A stretch of DNA of 64,000 bases from an uncultured Pseudobdellovibrionaceae bacterium (GTDB lineage Bacteria > Bdellovibrionota > FAC87 > UBA2466), in contig CAZTRP010000008.1 of assembly GCA_964616705.1 (NCBI GenBank), positions 88,799 through 152,798 of the forward strand, written 5' to 3'. Position 1 is the stretch's first letter; each line of letters starts with the position of its first letter. Both the position numbers and the translations under genes were made by a program. Shown piece by piece: positions 55,323-64,000 of this stretch. Under the pieces are notes generated by a model, which was not told the DNA's origin, searched no databases, and saw nothing but the letters and a program-made list of their open reading frames with translations.

Positions 55323-57298
55323 TAGGCCGCGAGGATGAGGTTCGCCAATTTAGGGATCGAATCATCCTTTTTTACGGTGCTGTAGCGTTCTTCTTTTTGC
55401 TTATCGCCGTTCGCCTGTTTTTTCTTCAAATTGTTCAGGGAGAGGAGCTTCGTCGATTCTCCGAAAGCAATCGCCTGAAGAAAGAGCGCCTTCTTCCTAC
55501 TCGAGGGGTGATTTCGGATCGTTTTGGAAAAGTGATCGTGGACAATCGTGCCGCGTTCGATGTGATCTTGCTGTCTCAGTACTATCCCTTCAATAAAGAA
55601 ACTGACGCTCGTTTGGCCAGGGCGCTTGGCATTTCAGGTGCAGAACTAGAGAAAAAAATCTCCAAAGTTCGTAATCGCCCCACGTTCCATCCCTTTCTTT
55701 TGAAAGCAGATGTTTCAAAAGACGTTATTGCGGCGATTGAAACCGATGCGGAGAAGTTTCCCGGCATCGACATTGAAACCACAGTTCAGCGTCGCTATCC
55801 GATGGGCGACTTTGCAAGCCAGCTTTTGGGATGTATCGCCGAGGTCGACAATTCCGATATTGGGCGTACTCGAAAGACCAAGTTGGTCATGGGAGATTTT
55901 ATTGGAAAGGCGGGTATCGAGCGGCAGTATGACTCGATTTTGCGCGGCACCAATGGCGTTGGGTACGTGGAAGTAGATGCAATGGGCCGGCGGAAGCTTG
56001 CCAATGTCGATAGCAGTAAGCTTTTGGGATACGTCACTCAAACGGATCCGGTGCCGGGCACCGATATGGAGTTGACGCTGGACGCTGACTTGGAAAAAGT
56101 CGCGGCGGATGGGTTTCGTAGTCGTGGATTTAGGGGTTCGGTGGTGGCACTGGATCCACGGAGTGGCGAGATCTTGGCTATGGTCAACGAACCAAGCTAC
56201 GATCCGGCGCTCATCTCAACCCGTGAAATCGATTCCCGGGTCTGGGTCCAGCTCTCCACCAACAAGGAACGTCCGCTACGAAACCGTGCCATTCAGGATC
56301 ACTATCCCCCCGGTTCTACGTTTAAAATTTTTATGGCTCTCGCGGGGCTAAAAGAAGGCATTCTGAATCCGACTACGACGGTCAACTGTCCGGGCTTCAT
56401 GCATTTTGGGAATAGGAAGTTTAATTGCTGGAAGAAGCATGGCGTAGTGGATTTTAAGACCGCTATTCGCGAATCTTGCGACGTATTCTTTTACAATGCA
56501 GGAATTGGGCTCGGGATCGACAAGATAGCAAAATATGCTCGTCTTTATGGACTTGGAAGTCCAAGTGGGCTTGCATTGCCAGGCGAGCAGCGCGGATTGA
56601 TTCCAGATAGTGAGTGGAAACAAAAAACCTACCAGCAGCCCTGGCATCCAGGTGAGACAATTAGCGTTGCGATTGGTCAGGGGTATGTGGCAACGACGCC
56701 GTTGCAATTGGTGAACGCTTTTGCTGCCGTCGGAAATGGGGGATTTCTGTATCGACCCTATTTGGTCAGGAAAATTGCTTCGGAAGGCGAGAAGTCCCCT
56801 CGCGAATTTAAGCCAGAGCTCATACGAAAGATTGATCTTCCGCCCGAGATGGTGGAGCTCGTAAAAGAAGGGCTGTCTGAAGTCGTTAACAAGCCCGGTG
56901 GCACGGCGGTGAGATCCCATAGTTCCTTGGTGGAAATTTCCGGCAAGACGGGTACTGCTCAGGTCAGAGCCACCGTAAACAAGAAGTGCGAGGCGCTAGA
57001 TGTAGAAAGTCGCCACCATGGTTGGTTTGTTGGTTATGCGCCGCGAGAGAACCCAGAGATTGCTGTGGTTGCGATCGCGGAACATTCTTGTCACGGTTCC
57101 GTTCCGGGTCCTGTCGTAAAGGAAGTCATTGAAGCCTACTATAAGAGAAAGAACAGCCCACCGCCACAGATGGGACCAGAACCTTTGCAGGTAGTCCAAG
57201 AGGAGACCGGGGCGCTTGCAAATCGATCGCCGACAAACGTAAGCGGCCCGCAGCCCGCAGTTGAAAAGCCACCAGGTGGAGCAGAGGAAGATGAATGA
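55319..57298 (+). CDS. mrdA: Penicillin-binding protein 2 (elongasome transpeptidase)
   Basis: The transpeptidase motifs STFK, SxN-like and KTGT (GKTGTAQV) are present. Confidence 0.9.
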   Translation: MIGREDEVRQFRDRIILFYGAVAFFFLLIAVRLFFLQIVQGEELRRFSESNRLKKERLLPTRGVISDRFGKVIVDNRAAFDVILLSQYYPFNKETDARLARALGISGAELEKKISKVRNRPTFHPFLLKADVSKDVIAAIETDAEKFPGIDIETTVQRRYPMGDFASQLLGCIAEVDNSDIGRTRKTKLVMGDFIGKAGIERQYDSILRGTNGVGYVEVDAMGRRKLANVDSSKLLGYVTQTDPVPGTDMELTLDADLEKVAADGFRSRGFRGSVVALDPRSGEILAMVNEPSYDPALISTREIDSRVWVQLSTNKERPLRNRAIQDHYPPGSTFKIFMALAGLKEGILNPTTTVNCPGFMHFGNRKFNCWKKHGVVDFKTAIRESCDVFFYNAGIGLGIDKIAKYARLYGLGSPSGLALPGEQRGLIPDSEWKQKTYQQPWHPGETISVAIGQGYVATTPLQLVNAFAAVGNGGFLYRPYLVRKIASEGEKSPREFKPELIRKIDLPPEMVELVKEGLSEVVNKPGGTAVRSHSSLVEISGKTGTAQVRATVNKKCEALDVESRHHGWFVGYAPRENPEIAVVAIAEHSCHGSVPGPVVKEVIEAYYKRKNSPPPQMGPEPLQVVQEETGALANRSPTNVSGPQPAVEKPPGGAEEDE

Positions 57299-58398
57299 GC
57301 TCTTTTCAGGCTGATAGCGGCGTTATCAAAACATTTAACGTCGGCCTTTTTGTGTCGATGCTTCTGGTTTTCTTACTTGGGATAGTCACTCTTTATAGCG
57401 CCTCAAAAGGTTCGGGGACTACGCTATATAAAACGCAGCTGGTTTGGTTTGGTCTTGGGCTGCTGGTCACCCTTGCACTGGTGTTTATAGATAGTCAGTT
57501 TTTCGAGAAAGTCGCCTACCCATTTTATGGCCTTTGCATGATTTTGCTGACGTTGGTGCTGTTTATTGGTCGGGTGGGAGGCGGATCTCAGCGCTGGATT
57601 GACCTGAAAGTTTTTCATTTGCAGCCATCGGAAATTGCAAAGCTTGCAATTGTTTTTACTTTGGCGAAATTCTTTTCTGAAGACAAATATCCGCCGCCGT
57701 ACTCGTTGACTCGGTTGATAGTCCCCGGCCTGCTTGTAGCGCCGTTTTTTCTCCTTATTTTACTGCAACCCGACTTGGGCACCGCGGGGGTTTTGTTTCT
57801 GGTTGCTGGGTCAATGGTTCTGTTTCTAAAAGTAAGGCTAAGGTCTTTGCTAATTGTGGGCTTGGTTGCAATGATTGCTGTTCCACTTGCGTACCAGTTT
57901 GTCTTGCGGGACTACCAAAAAGATCGGGTCAAAACGTTTCTTAACCCCGGGCGCGATGCGAAGGGTAGTGGGTACAATGCGCTTCAGTGTAAAATTGCGG
58001 TTGGGTCGGGACAAGTATTTGGGAAAGGCTTTCTTAAGGGCACCCAGTCCCAATTGAATTTTATTCCCGAGCAGCATACCGACTTCATTTTTTCAGTCTT
58101 TTCTGAGGAGCGCGGTTTTTTTGGGGCGATTGTCCTTTTGCTCCTTTACTGGAGCTTCCTGTTCTATTCGCTTCGTACAGTGGCCAGAGCTCGTGGGAAG
58201 TTTGAAATGCTTCTCGCCTTTGGGCTTACGGCAATTATTTTTTGGCACGTGTTTATCAATATTGGAATGGTCATTGGTATTTTGCCGATTGTCGGTGTTG
58301 GGCTTCCATTTTTCAGTTATGGAGGATCCTCACTTCTAACGTTTATGGTGTCGACCGCCCTGTTGCTCAATCTTTCTAGAAAGAAATATATTTTCTAA
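57295..58398 (+). CDS. rodA: Rod shape-determining protein RodA (SEDS family)
   Basis: SEDS-family conservation with a 4-nt overlap to mrdA. Confidence 0.9.
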   Translation: MSSFQADSGVIKTFNVGLFVSMLLVFLLGIVTLYSASKGSGTTLYKTQLVWFGLGLLVTLALVFIDSQFFEKVAYPFYGLCMILLTLVLFIGRVGGGSQRWIDLKVFHLQPSEIAKLAIVFTLAKFFSEDKYPPPYSLTRLIVPGLLVAPFFLLILLQPDLGTAGVLFLVAGSMVLFLKVRLRSLLIVGLVAMIAVPLAYQFVLRDYQKDRVKTFLNPGRDAKGSGYNALQCKIAVGSGQVFGKGFLKGTQSQLNFIPEQHTDFIFSVFSEERGFFGAIVLLLLYWSFLFYSLRTVARARGKFEMLLAFGLTAIIFWHVFINIGMVIGILPIVGVGLPFFSYGGSSLLTFMVSTALLLNLSRKKYIF

Positions 58399-59570
58399 TG
58401 AAAACCGCACCGTTTATTACGACTCCCTCTCAAGTGGAGGCGATGGCTAAGGAGTTGAGTCGACACAAGGTCATTGGAATCGATACAGAGTTTATTAGAG
58501 AGACGACGTTTTTTCCGAAGATCGCCCTTATACAACTCTCTACCGCAGACGAAGCGTGGTTAGTCGATCCTGTTGCGTTGGGCCCTGAAGATTTAAAACC
58601 GCTTGTGGATGTTCTCGTGGATAAGAACATTCTGAAGGTGATGCACGCGGCCTTTGCGGATCAAGAAGTTTTGTTTTGGACCTATGGTTGCATCGCCGAA
58701 CCAGTATTGGATACGGCAGTGGCGGCAGCGCTTTGCGGCTACGGCGACAACGTGGGACTGGCGAAGTTAGTTAAAGATGTATTGCGCATCCACCTGCATA
58801 AAGGCAGGGCCCGGGTAAAATGGCTCGCGCGTCCATTGTCAGAAGAGCTCCTGGCTTACGCACAACAAGACGTTGAATTCTTGGTTGAGCTAGCTCGCCG
58901 AATGGAAGAATGGTTAAGAAATAAGGGCCGATGGGATTGGGCCCTGGAAGAGAGCTATGTCGATCCCTCGGCGTTTGACGTCTCTGCCGAAGATATCGCA
59001 CACAGGCTAGCAAAGAGTGGGCAGCTCGATGAAACCACCTATTTGGCTTTAAGGGAGCTCGTGCGTTGGCGCGAAGACAGAGCCAGGCGAGCGAATATGC
59101 CCAGGGCGTGGATAGCGGAGAACGAAGTGCTCATGGCACTTGCTCGTTCGCGCCCGAAGTCGGTGAATGAGCTAAAGGCATTTAGGGGGCTCAGTCCTAA
59201 AGAAGTAGATCGAAATGGCGAAACGATTTTGCAGGTAATCGCTAGTGCGATGAAACTACCAAAGAGTGATGCCGACTTACCCACGCGCGCGACGAGCAAC
59301 TTGGAAGTAGATAGCTACGCTCTGGATTTAGTGAAAGCCTATTTGGCCTACCTGTCTGCTCGTTACGAAATTGCGCCACGCTTCTTGCTTCGTACCGGAC
59401 GTGTGACTGATTTAATTGTCTACGGCCAAGAGGAAGTTTCTTCTTGGGTAGAACGCGGAGTTCTTTCGGAAGCTGCGTCACGCGTTATTGGGCAAGACCT
59501 TAAACTCTTTCTTGATGGTAAACTTTTGCTTGGGCTAAAGGCTGGTCGCGTGGATCTTGTAAGCCGATAA
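58398..59570 (+). CDS. rnd: Ribonuclease D (DEDDy 3'-5' exonuclease plus HRDC)
   Basis: IGIDTEF...ALIQL and the full RNase D layout are present. Confidence 0.85.
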   Translation: MKTAPFITTPSQVEAMAKELSRHKVIGIDTEFIRETTFFPKIALIQLSTADEAWLVDPVALGPEDLKPLVDVLVDKNILKVMHAAFADQEVLFWTYGCIAEPVLDTAVAAALCGYGDNVGLAKLVKDVLRIHLHKGRARVKWLARPLSEELLAYAQQDVEFLVELARRMEEWLRNKGRWDWALEESYVDPSAFDVSAEDIAHRLAKSGQLDETTYLALRELVRWREDRARRANMPRAWIAENEVLMALARSRPKSVNELKAFRGLSPKEVDRNGETILQVIASAMKLPKSDADLPTRATSNLEVDSYALDLVKAYLAYLSARYEIAPRFLLRTGRVTDLIVYGQEEVSSWVERGVLSEAASRVIGQDLKLFLDGKLLLGLKAGRVDLVSR

Positions 59571-59582
59571 TTCCCGCCCGTA

Positions 59583-60284
59583 TTAGGGGATCGGAACAGG
59601 TGGGGCTTTAATTACAACACTGATTAGATTAGATATTTCTTCGATGCTTGGTTCATACGCATCAAAGTACTTTAGATAGTATTGAGTTTCGCCCCCGCTC
59701 GTGGTTTTGGTTTGGTAGGCGTGCTGGGCTCTGCAGCTGAGTTTAAATAGTGTGTTCCCCTTGGTGCGCAATAAAATGCCGTTATAGGAATCGAATGTTC
59801 TGTGTAGTGCTTCAGTCAGGGTGATAAGGCTCTCATCTATTACAATCAGCGCGTTTGATTTGAGTAGGCTTCGGTCAGCCGCCGAGGCCTCGGTCACCAG
59901 CTTGCAAGAGACTTGGCGCCCGTGAGGCACGGGGGAATCGCTGCTCTTTGGCTGGTAGATTGTCTCATCGTTTTGCTTCGCGCAGCCAACCTGAAAGAAA
60001 GAAACTGTTTTCTTTTGAAAGTCTTCGATAGTCCAAGGGGGCGCCCCTGCGGGCGTGTTTGGACACCAGTCGTTGTGATCTGCAACTAGGTCGCCATCGC
60101 CGTCATACAGATAGGTTCCCAAAGCGGATTCCGAACGCCGCGGTGGGAACTCTGCCGATTCTGCTTTTAGAGTCAGAACAGAAAATTCCGGAAGGGCAGT
60201 GTACGAATTCTTTGGCGAAACAGCGGCCCAGCTAGAAAGGGCATAAACACCCGCTAGTATAAGTACACTATGCAAATTTGCCAT
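59583..60284 (-). CDS. Hypothetical secreted protein
   Basis: A signal peptide MANLHSVLILAGVYALSSWAAVS is present; I see no recognisable domain. Confidence 0.4.
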   Translation of the reverse strand: MANLHSVLILAGVYALSSWAAVSPKNSYTALPEFSVLTLKAESAEFPPRRSESALGTYLYDGDGDLVADHNDWCPNTPAGAPPWTIEDFQKKTVSFFQVGCAKQNDETIYQPKSSDSPVPHGRQVSCKLVTEASAADRSLLKSNALIVIDESLITLTEALHRTFDSYNGILLRTKGNTLFKLSCRAQHAYQTKTTSGGETQYYLKYFDAYEPSIEEISNLISVVIKAPPVPIP

Positions 60285-60349
60285 TCTGACATCTCCCGTT
60301 CACCAGCCAATCTAGGTTTCGGGGAATGGGAGCGTCAAGATGCGGCGAG

Positions 60350-60508
60350 TTAGCGATGGGCTACAGTGTTGCAGTCCATCTGGCATTCATCAGGGTCTGT
60401 CCCGTCGTCGGCACATTCCTGGCGACACATATCTGAGCTTTCCTCAGCAAAGGCGATAGGGCTAATGAGGTTAAGTAAAACGAATAGGGCAAAAAAGACC
60501 TTACGCAT
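60350..60508 (-). CDS. Unannotated small secreted Cys-rich peptide (52 aa): MRKVFFALFVLLNLISPIAFAEESSDMCRQECADDGTDPDECQMDCNTVAHR
   Basis: An RBS GGAGG lies 4 nt upstream of the ATG. A clean signal peptide is followed by an acidic mature peptide of about 31 aa with 4 Cys arranged CxxxC...CxxxC. It lies in a 295-bp intergenic gap. Confidence 0.35.
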   Translation of the reverse strand: MRKVFFALFVLLNLISPIAFAEESSDMCRQECADDGTDPDECQMDCNTVAHR

Positions 60509-60579
60509 ACGACCTCCACATACGTTCCGCTAGTAAGCCCAGAATAGCAGCCAATTGTGAAGCAATTGTGAAGATTGTG

Positions 60580-62187
60580 TTACTGGGCTCGGCTCGTGCC
60601 TGGCCGGGCCTCGCTCTTATCGGGAGACGTGGCTATCGGAGGCGCAAACAGTTTTAGCTCTCTAGCAATTGACCCAACGCGCTTAAGTGTCTTTCTACGC
60701 ACGATTTCGGCTACGTGAGCATCTTTGGCAAAATACTCTGTCATCCTGGCTTGTAGAGCCATGAAAAGACGTGGATTGGTAGTCGCTTCTGCGAGCCGTT
60801 GATCACCGGCCGCCATGATTAAGTCCTCCTCCCGAGATTTGGAAAGTGACTCTGCTGTCTTACCTTGCTTATCAAGCTCCTTAAATGCGTCTGATCGAAG
60901 CAGGACGTATCGGAAACTGAGGTTAGCTTCGAAGTCCTTCAGGTCGAGCTTGTAACGCGCCCGTTGAATCTGGTTTTTTGGAGGATGGCTTGCCCAGTAC
61001 TCCTCCATGGCATTGAGCTGAGGCAGGATTTCTGTCATTAGCTCATCCGTGATTTTGGTCGAAACTCCTATGGCTTGCGCTCGCATGATATCGACCAGTA
61101 GTCGATCGATTTTATTTCGAAGGGTCGAATACTCCGCCGACAGACCGCTGGAACTAAAGTCTTTCTCAGGAGGATAGGGCATTTCCTCCTCGATTCCCCT
61201 GAAGTCTCCGCGAAGTTCTTTCGGGAGCCACTCGGGGTAGTTTCCTTTTCCAACTCGTTTAGCGCGCGTTCCATTGTCAGTAGGTCGCGGAGTTTGGGCT
61301 TGGGTGGCAGAGGGAGCAGAGGTGTTCTTCCCTGCATGGTTTGCCTTTTTCTCCGGAGCTATTCGGACGGCCGGCTGCGGAGCAGGCGGCGTATTCGTAA
61401 TTAGGTTTTGAGTGGGCGCCGCGGTTTTGGTGTCGTTCTGTCTGAGCTGCTTAGAGGGCGCCTCTGGGCTGCTTGGAGAAGGACTAGCACTGCTTGGCTT
61501 TTCTTCTTCCTTGGCCTTCAACTCAGGCGATTTCACTACTGCGCTAGCCGATGCTGGGGCAGCGCTCGCCCAAGCAAAATCCTGCATGTTTGCCGGATTT
61601 TCCAAAATATTTCTAAAAGACTGTTCTGCGGCAGTCCCCTTAGCGCCCATGTATCGTTCAAGAGTCTTTGGGTGGGGTGCACGTTGGAGGGTAATGAGTT
61701 GCCCGCTTCGCCATACTTTGTCTTCTACGACCAATCGTCCATCTGCAAGAATTCGAATCGGCTTTTCGTTTCGACCCTCTCCCTCATACACTACGCCATT
61801 TCGCGAAGAAATCTTTGGGGCATTTTCCTTCCCATTGGAGTCAAAAAGATCTCGGTACCGTGCATTGTTCAAAAGGTTCATGCGCGGTTGGCTCAGAGCA
61901 ACTCCGCTTTGGAGTTGGCTTTTTCGGTAGTCGAAAACCTCTTCTATGATGTGCAGGGGAGGCTCCTTAAAGCCTTCAGAGTCGGAGTAGTAAATGCTTC
62001 CATCTTCGGCTATCAACAGGCCGTATTGCTTGCCGTTGCTCTCAAATCGAGGGGTTGTGTCGGCACCTTCTCGAACCCACACCAGTGACCCAGCGAAAAG
62101 TTCGCTCGAGTTAGCTATAAACAGGCAGAATACAAGGGCCAAAAATGGCGTACGCTTATTCATAGCTACAGAGCAATTGCAATCCAT
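60580..62187 (-). CDS. Hypothetical secreted protein with Pro/Ala/Ser/Thr-rich linker
   Basis: A signal peptide is present from the internal start MNKRTPFLALVFCLFIANSSELFAG at about 62163, and there is a low-complexity linker in the middle of the protein. Confidence 0.45.
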   Translation of the reverse strand: MDCNCSVAMNKRTPFLALVFCLFIANSSELFAGSLVWVREGADTTPRFESNGKQYGLLIAEDGSIYYSDSEGFKEPPLHIIEEVFDYRKSQLQSGVALSQPRMNLLNNARYRDLFDSNGKENAPKISSRNGVVYEGEGRNEKPIRILADGRLVVEDKVWRSGQLITLQRAPHPKTLERYMGAKGTAAEQSFRNILENPANMQDFAWASAAPASASAVVKSPELKAKEEEKPSSASPSPSSPEAPSKQLRQNDTKTAAPTQNLITNTPPAPQPAVRIAPEKKANHAGKNTSAPSATQAQTPRPTDNGTRAKRVGKGNYPEWLPKELRGDFRGIEEEMPYPPEKDFSSSGLSAEYSTLRNKIDRLLVDIMRAQAIGVSTKITDELMTEILPQLNAMEEYWASHPPKNQIQRARYKLDLKDFEANLSFRYVLLRSDAFKELDKQGKTAESLSKSREEDLIMAAGDQRLAEATTNPRLFMALQARMTEYFAKDAHVAEIVRRKTLKRVGSIARELKLFAPPIATSPDKSEARPGTSRAQ

Positions 62188-62326
62188 GGGCCCAAATGGT
62201 CAGTGCAAGCGGAGGGGGTAGACAATCAGAGTTCACTGTCGATCCACTTATCGGCGGAGGACAGAATTTGCTCATGTATTCTGAGTGTATTCCTAGCTTA
62301 CAAAGTTCGTTTGCGACTGGCGGTTT

Positions 62327-62941
62327 TTGTTGCCTTGGTCGCCAGGTGCGCTAAGTTTGCCCTTTAGGAGGGTTGTTCTGATGCGGACATTGATGGGCGT
62401 AGCGGTATTCGGTTTGCTTTGCTGTGTCTCTTTGAAAGCTGAAAGCGCAACTGCATTTGAGCGAATTAGAGCTCTTTACGCCAAGGGTGAGCCGGCCGAG
62501 ATATCCGATTTTGATCCTGCGCGTGCGTTGCTGGGACGAGTTGTCTATTTTAGGCAGCCGGATACGCTCCTTGATTGTCAGCTTATTTCGCTCGAGTCTG
62601 GCGATGCTGTTGTGGGAACGGTTAGAAGAGCGGCGGCTTTTAAAATCCTTAAGCCGGACAATTCCCCAGGGGTTATTGCGGATGGTCAAGCCGTGCTTGA
62701 GCGCCTTCTCCTTCCTCTGCGTTTTGACAGCGCTTCGAATGCAATTCTCTCGACTTCCGTGGCGGACGATTACTATTGCGTCACAAAAGATTATTGGAGG
62801 CGAGTTACCGGCGAGGATGGGAAAAAAACTTTAGTTCGAGTTTCGTTTGTGAACGATCCTCGTTCATTTTGTAGTTCGGCCCGGGCGTCGGTGCCGCCCG
62901 AGGGTGAAATGCTTCGGGTTGCTTACTTTCAACTGCCTTAG
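62327..62941 (+). CDS. Hypothetical secreted protein
   Basis: The probable start is the ATG at 62381, preceded by the RBS AGGAGG. It is followed by the signal peptide MRTLMGVAVFGLLCCVSLKAES. Confidence 0.45.
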   Translation: MLPWSPGALSLPFRRVVLMRTLMGVAVFGLLCCVSLKAESATAFERIRALYAKGEPAEISDFDPARALLGRVVYFRQPDTLLDCQLISLESGDAVVGTVRRAAAFKILKPDNSPGVIADGQAVLERLLLPLRFDSASNAILSTSVADDYYCVTKDYWRRVTGEDGKKTLVRVSFVNDPRSFCSSARASVPPEGEMLRVAYFQLP

Positions 62942-63146
62942 TTTTGCTTCAAAATTCCTGCTTGCAAGCCTTCGGAGACGGGTTTAAACCGAAACCTGGT
63001 TTATAGGTGGGGGCTGTGAAACAGCTTTTAGTCGTTCTCCTAGTTGCTTTCCTTTTTTCACTTCTTGTCGCGAGTCATGCCTTTTTCGTGCAAGTTCATC
63101 CTGAATTGGAAAATCAACCAGCATTTCTGCCAGTGGGGTTTGGCTA

Positions 63147-63476
63147 ATGGAAAGTGGGCAATACTGTACGGGCTACGTTACTGCTCCTACGATCGAAGAA
63201 GCGCGTCGCTTGTCTACCGCACTCGTTGAAAAGAAGTTGGTAGCTTGTGCAAACATACTAGGTCCAATGGAGTCGATTTACCATTGGCAGGGCAAAGTAG
63301 AAAACTCGAGCGAGTACTTAGTCCTACTTAAAACGACCGGTTCTAAACAAAAAGCGATCTCACTCATCGTTAAGAGTCTGCATACGTATCAAACCCCGTG
63401 CATTGTCTTTCATTCTATCGAAGGCGGTGACGCAGACTATCTAGAATGGATTAAACAAACCGTAGATTCGGAGTAA
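63147..63476 (+). CDS. cutA: Divalent-cation tolerance protein CutA
   Basis: YVTAPTIEEARRLSTALVEKKLVACANI...YLVLLKT is the CutA1 family signature. Confidence 0.8.
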   Translation: MESGQYCTGYVTAPTIEEARRLSTALVEKKLVACANILGPMESIYHWQGKVENSSEYLVLLKTTGSKQKAISLIVKSLHTYQTPCIVFHSIEGGDADYLEWIKQTVDSE

Positions 63477-63480
63477 GCCC

Positions 63481-64000
63481 TCACTCAAGTACGAGTACCG
63501 GAAATCGTTTGTACTTAACTCGCCAAGTGGGCTTTCCCGTTGTGCCAAAGTAAGTGAGGTAGCCCGGCAGAAACTGCCAGTCTGTTTCGTTGTTTTCTAA
63601 ATTTAGGCCTCTCTCATAGGGCTTCGGACTAATAGTCATAAAGCCAGCTGGGTCAACAAATCTTCCGTCCTCGAGTTCAACACTAGAGTGCCCGGTTTCT
63701 ACTCCGGCTTCAGCCGAGTTTGCCCCCAAGTGCAATCGGCAAGGGATATCAAACGAACGCAATACTAACCACGCGAGCAAAGCCTGTCCAAGGCAGTAAG
63801 CTTCTCCATCGACAAGATAGTCCTCAAGGGCAACTACGGGGAGCCAAACGTTTTCTACGATGGGGGTGTGAGAGTAGTCGAGAGAGGTAAAATTAGTCGC
63901 TTTAAGCCGTTGTGGTTTTATGGACCTGTCCCATTCGAAGCCACCCGATATAGCGGGTCCAAGCTGGTCGGCGATATTTTGTGAGACGCGCAAAAGAATA
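63481..64000 (-). CDS. Transglutaminase-like cysteine-protease-fold protein, N-terminus outside the window
   Basis: AYCLGQALLAWLVLRSFDIPCRLHLG matches the transglutaminase core Cys motif, with downstream His and Asp candidates. The ORF is open to the window end. Confidence 0.4.
   Translation of the reverse strand, partial: ILLRVSQNIADQLGPAISGGFEWDRSIKPQRLKATNFTSLDYSHTPIVENVWLPVVALEDYLVDGEAYCLGQALLAWLVLRSFDIPCRLHLGANSAEAGVETGHSSVELEDGRFVDPAGFMTISPKPYERGLNLENNETDWQFLPGYLTYFGTTGKPTWRVKYKRFPVLVLE

Noticed and set aside
1-64000. CRISPR arrays, tRNA/rRNA genes, IS elements, phage integrases, toxin-antitoxin or known phage-defence operons
   Set aside because: I scanned for direct repeat-spacer periodicity, tRNA T-loop consensus, transposase-like ORFs and typical defence domain signatures and found none. 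The only recombinase is a XerC/D-type housekeeping enzyme next to fliA.

Overview
This 64 kb window is chromosomal DNA with about 50% GC, and its gene content points to a Bdellovibrio-like predatory proteobacterium. I found no CRISPR array, tRNA or rRNA gene, or integrase-bounded mobile element. The content, in order: (1) a 5'-truncated cobalamin-dependent methionine synthase (metH) fragment followed by a MetE-C-terminal-like Zn-methyltransferase ORF; (2) azlCD and a minus-strand BMP-family nucleoside-type ABC importer; (3) a duplicated Mla/MCE-type lipid ABC transporter (two non-identical ATPases, two permeases, one MCE protein) followed by a small outer-membrane beta-barrel gene and a histidine kinase; (4) a roughly 10 kb glycosylation island with three GT-A/GT2 enzymes, a multi-pass GT-C-like membrane protein, a YdjC/ChbG-family deacetylase, a sialyltransferase-like (GT42/DUF115-like) ORF, an HprK-like P-loop protein, a MiaE-like diiron hydroxylase and a nucleotidyltransferase-like ORF; (5) a PilZ protein with a hybrid response-regulator/histidine kinase; (6) a divergent surface locus in which a histidine kinase and a glycine-rich secreted protein with a C-terminal sorting-signal-like tail sit opposite a 1,100-aa protein built from about nine Ig-like Cys-pair repeats plus an FN3 domain, next to a protein with a FecR-like N-terminal region and an apparent C-terminal beta-barrel; (7) astB; (8) a long flagellar export/switch operon fliL-fliM-fliN-fliO(like)-fliP-fliQ-fliR-flhB-flhA-flhF-flhG-fliA, preceded by a perfect sigma-54 promoter, then a xerC/D-family recombinase; (9) ppiD and the rod-shape cluster mreC-mreD-mrdA-rodA followed by rnd; (10) a cluster of secreted hypothetical proteins that includes an unannotated 52-aa Cys-rich secreted peptide, then cutA and a transglutaminase-like fragment. 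The glycosylation island, the asymmetric heterodimeric Mla-like transporter, the kinase-linked surface-protein locus and the unannotated small secreted peptides are the most novel candidates. I did not recognise any canonical phage-defence system.
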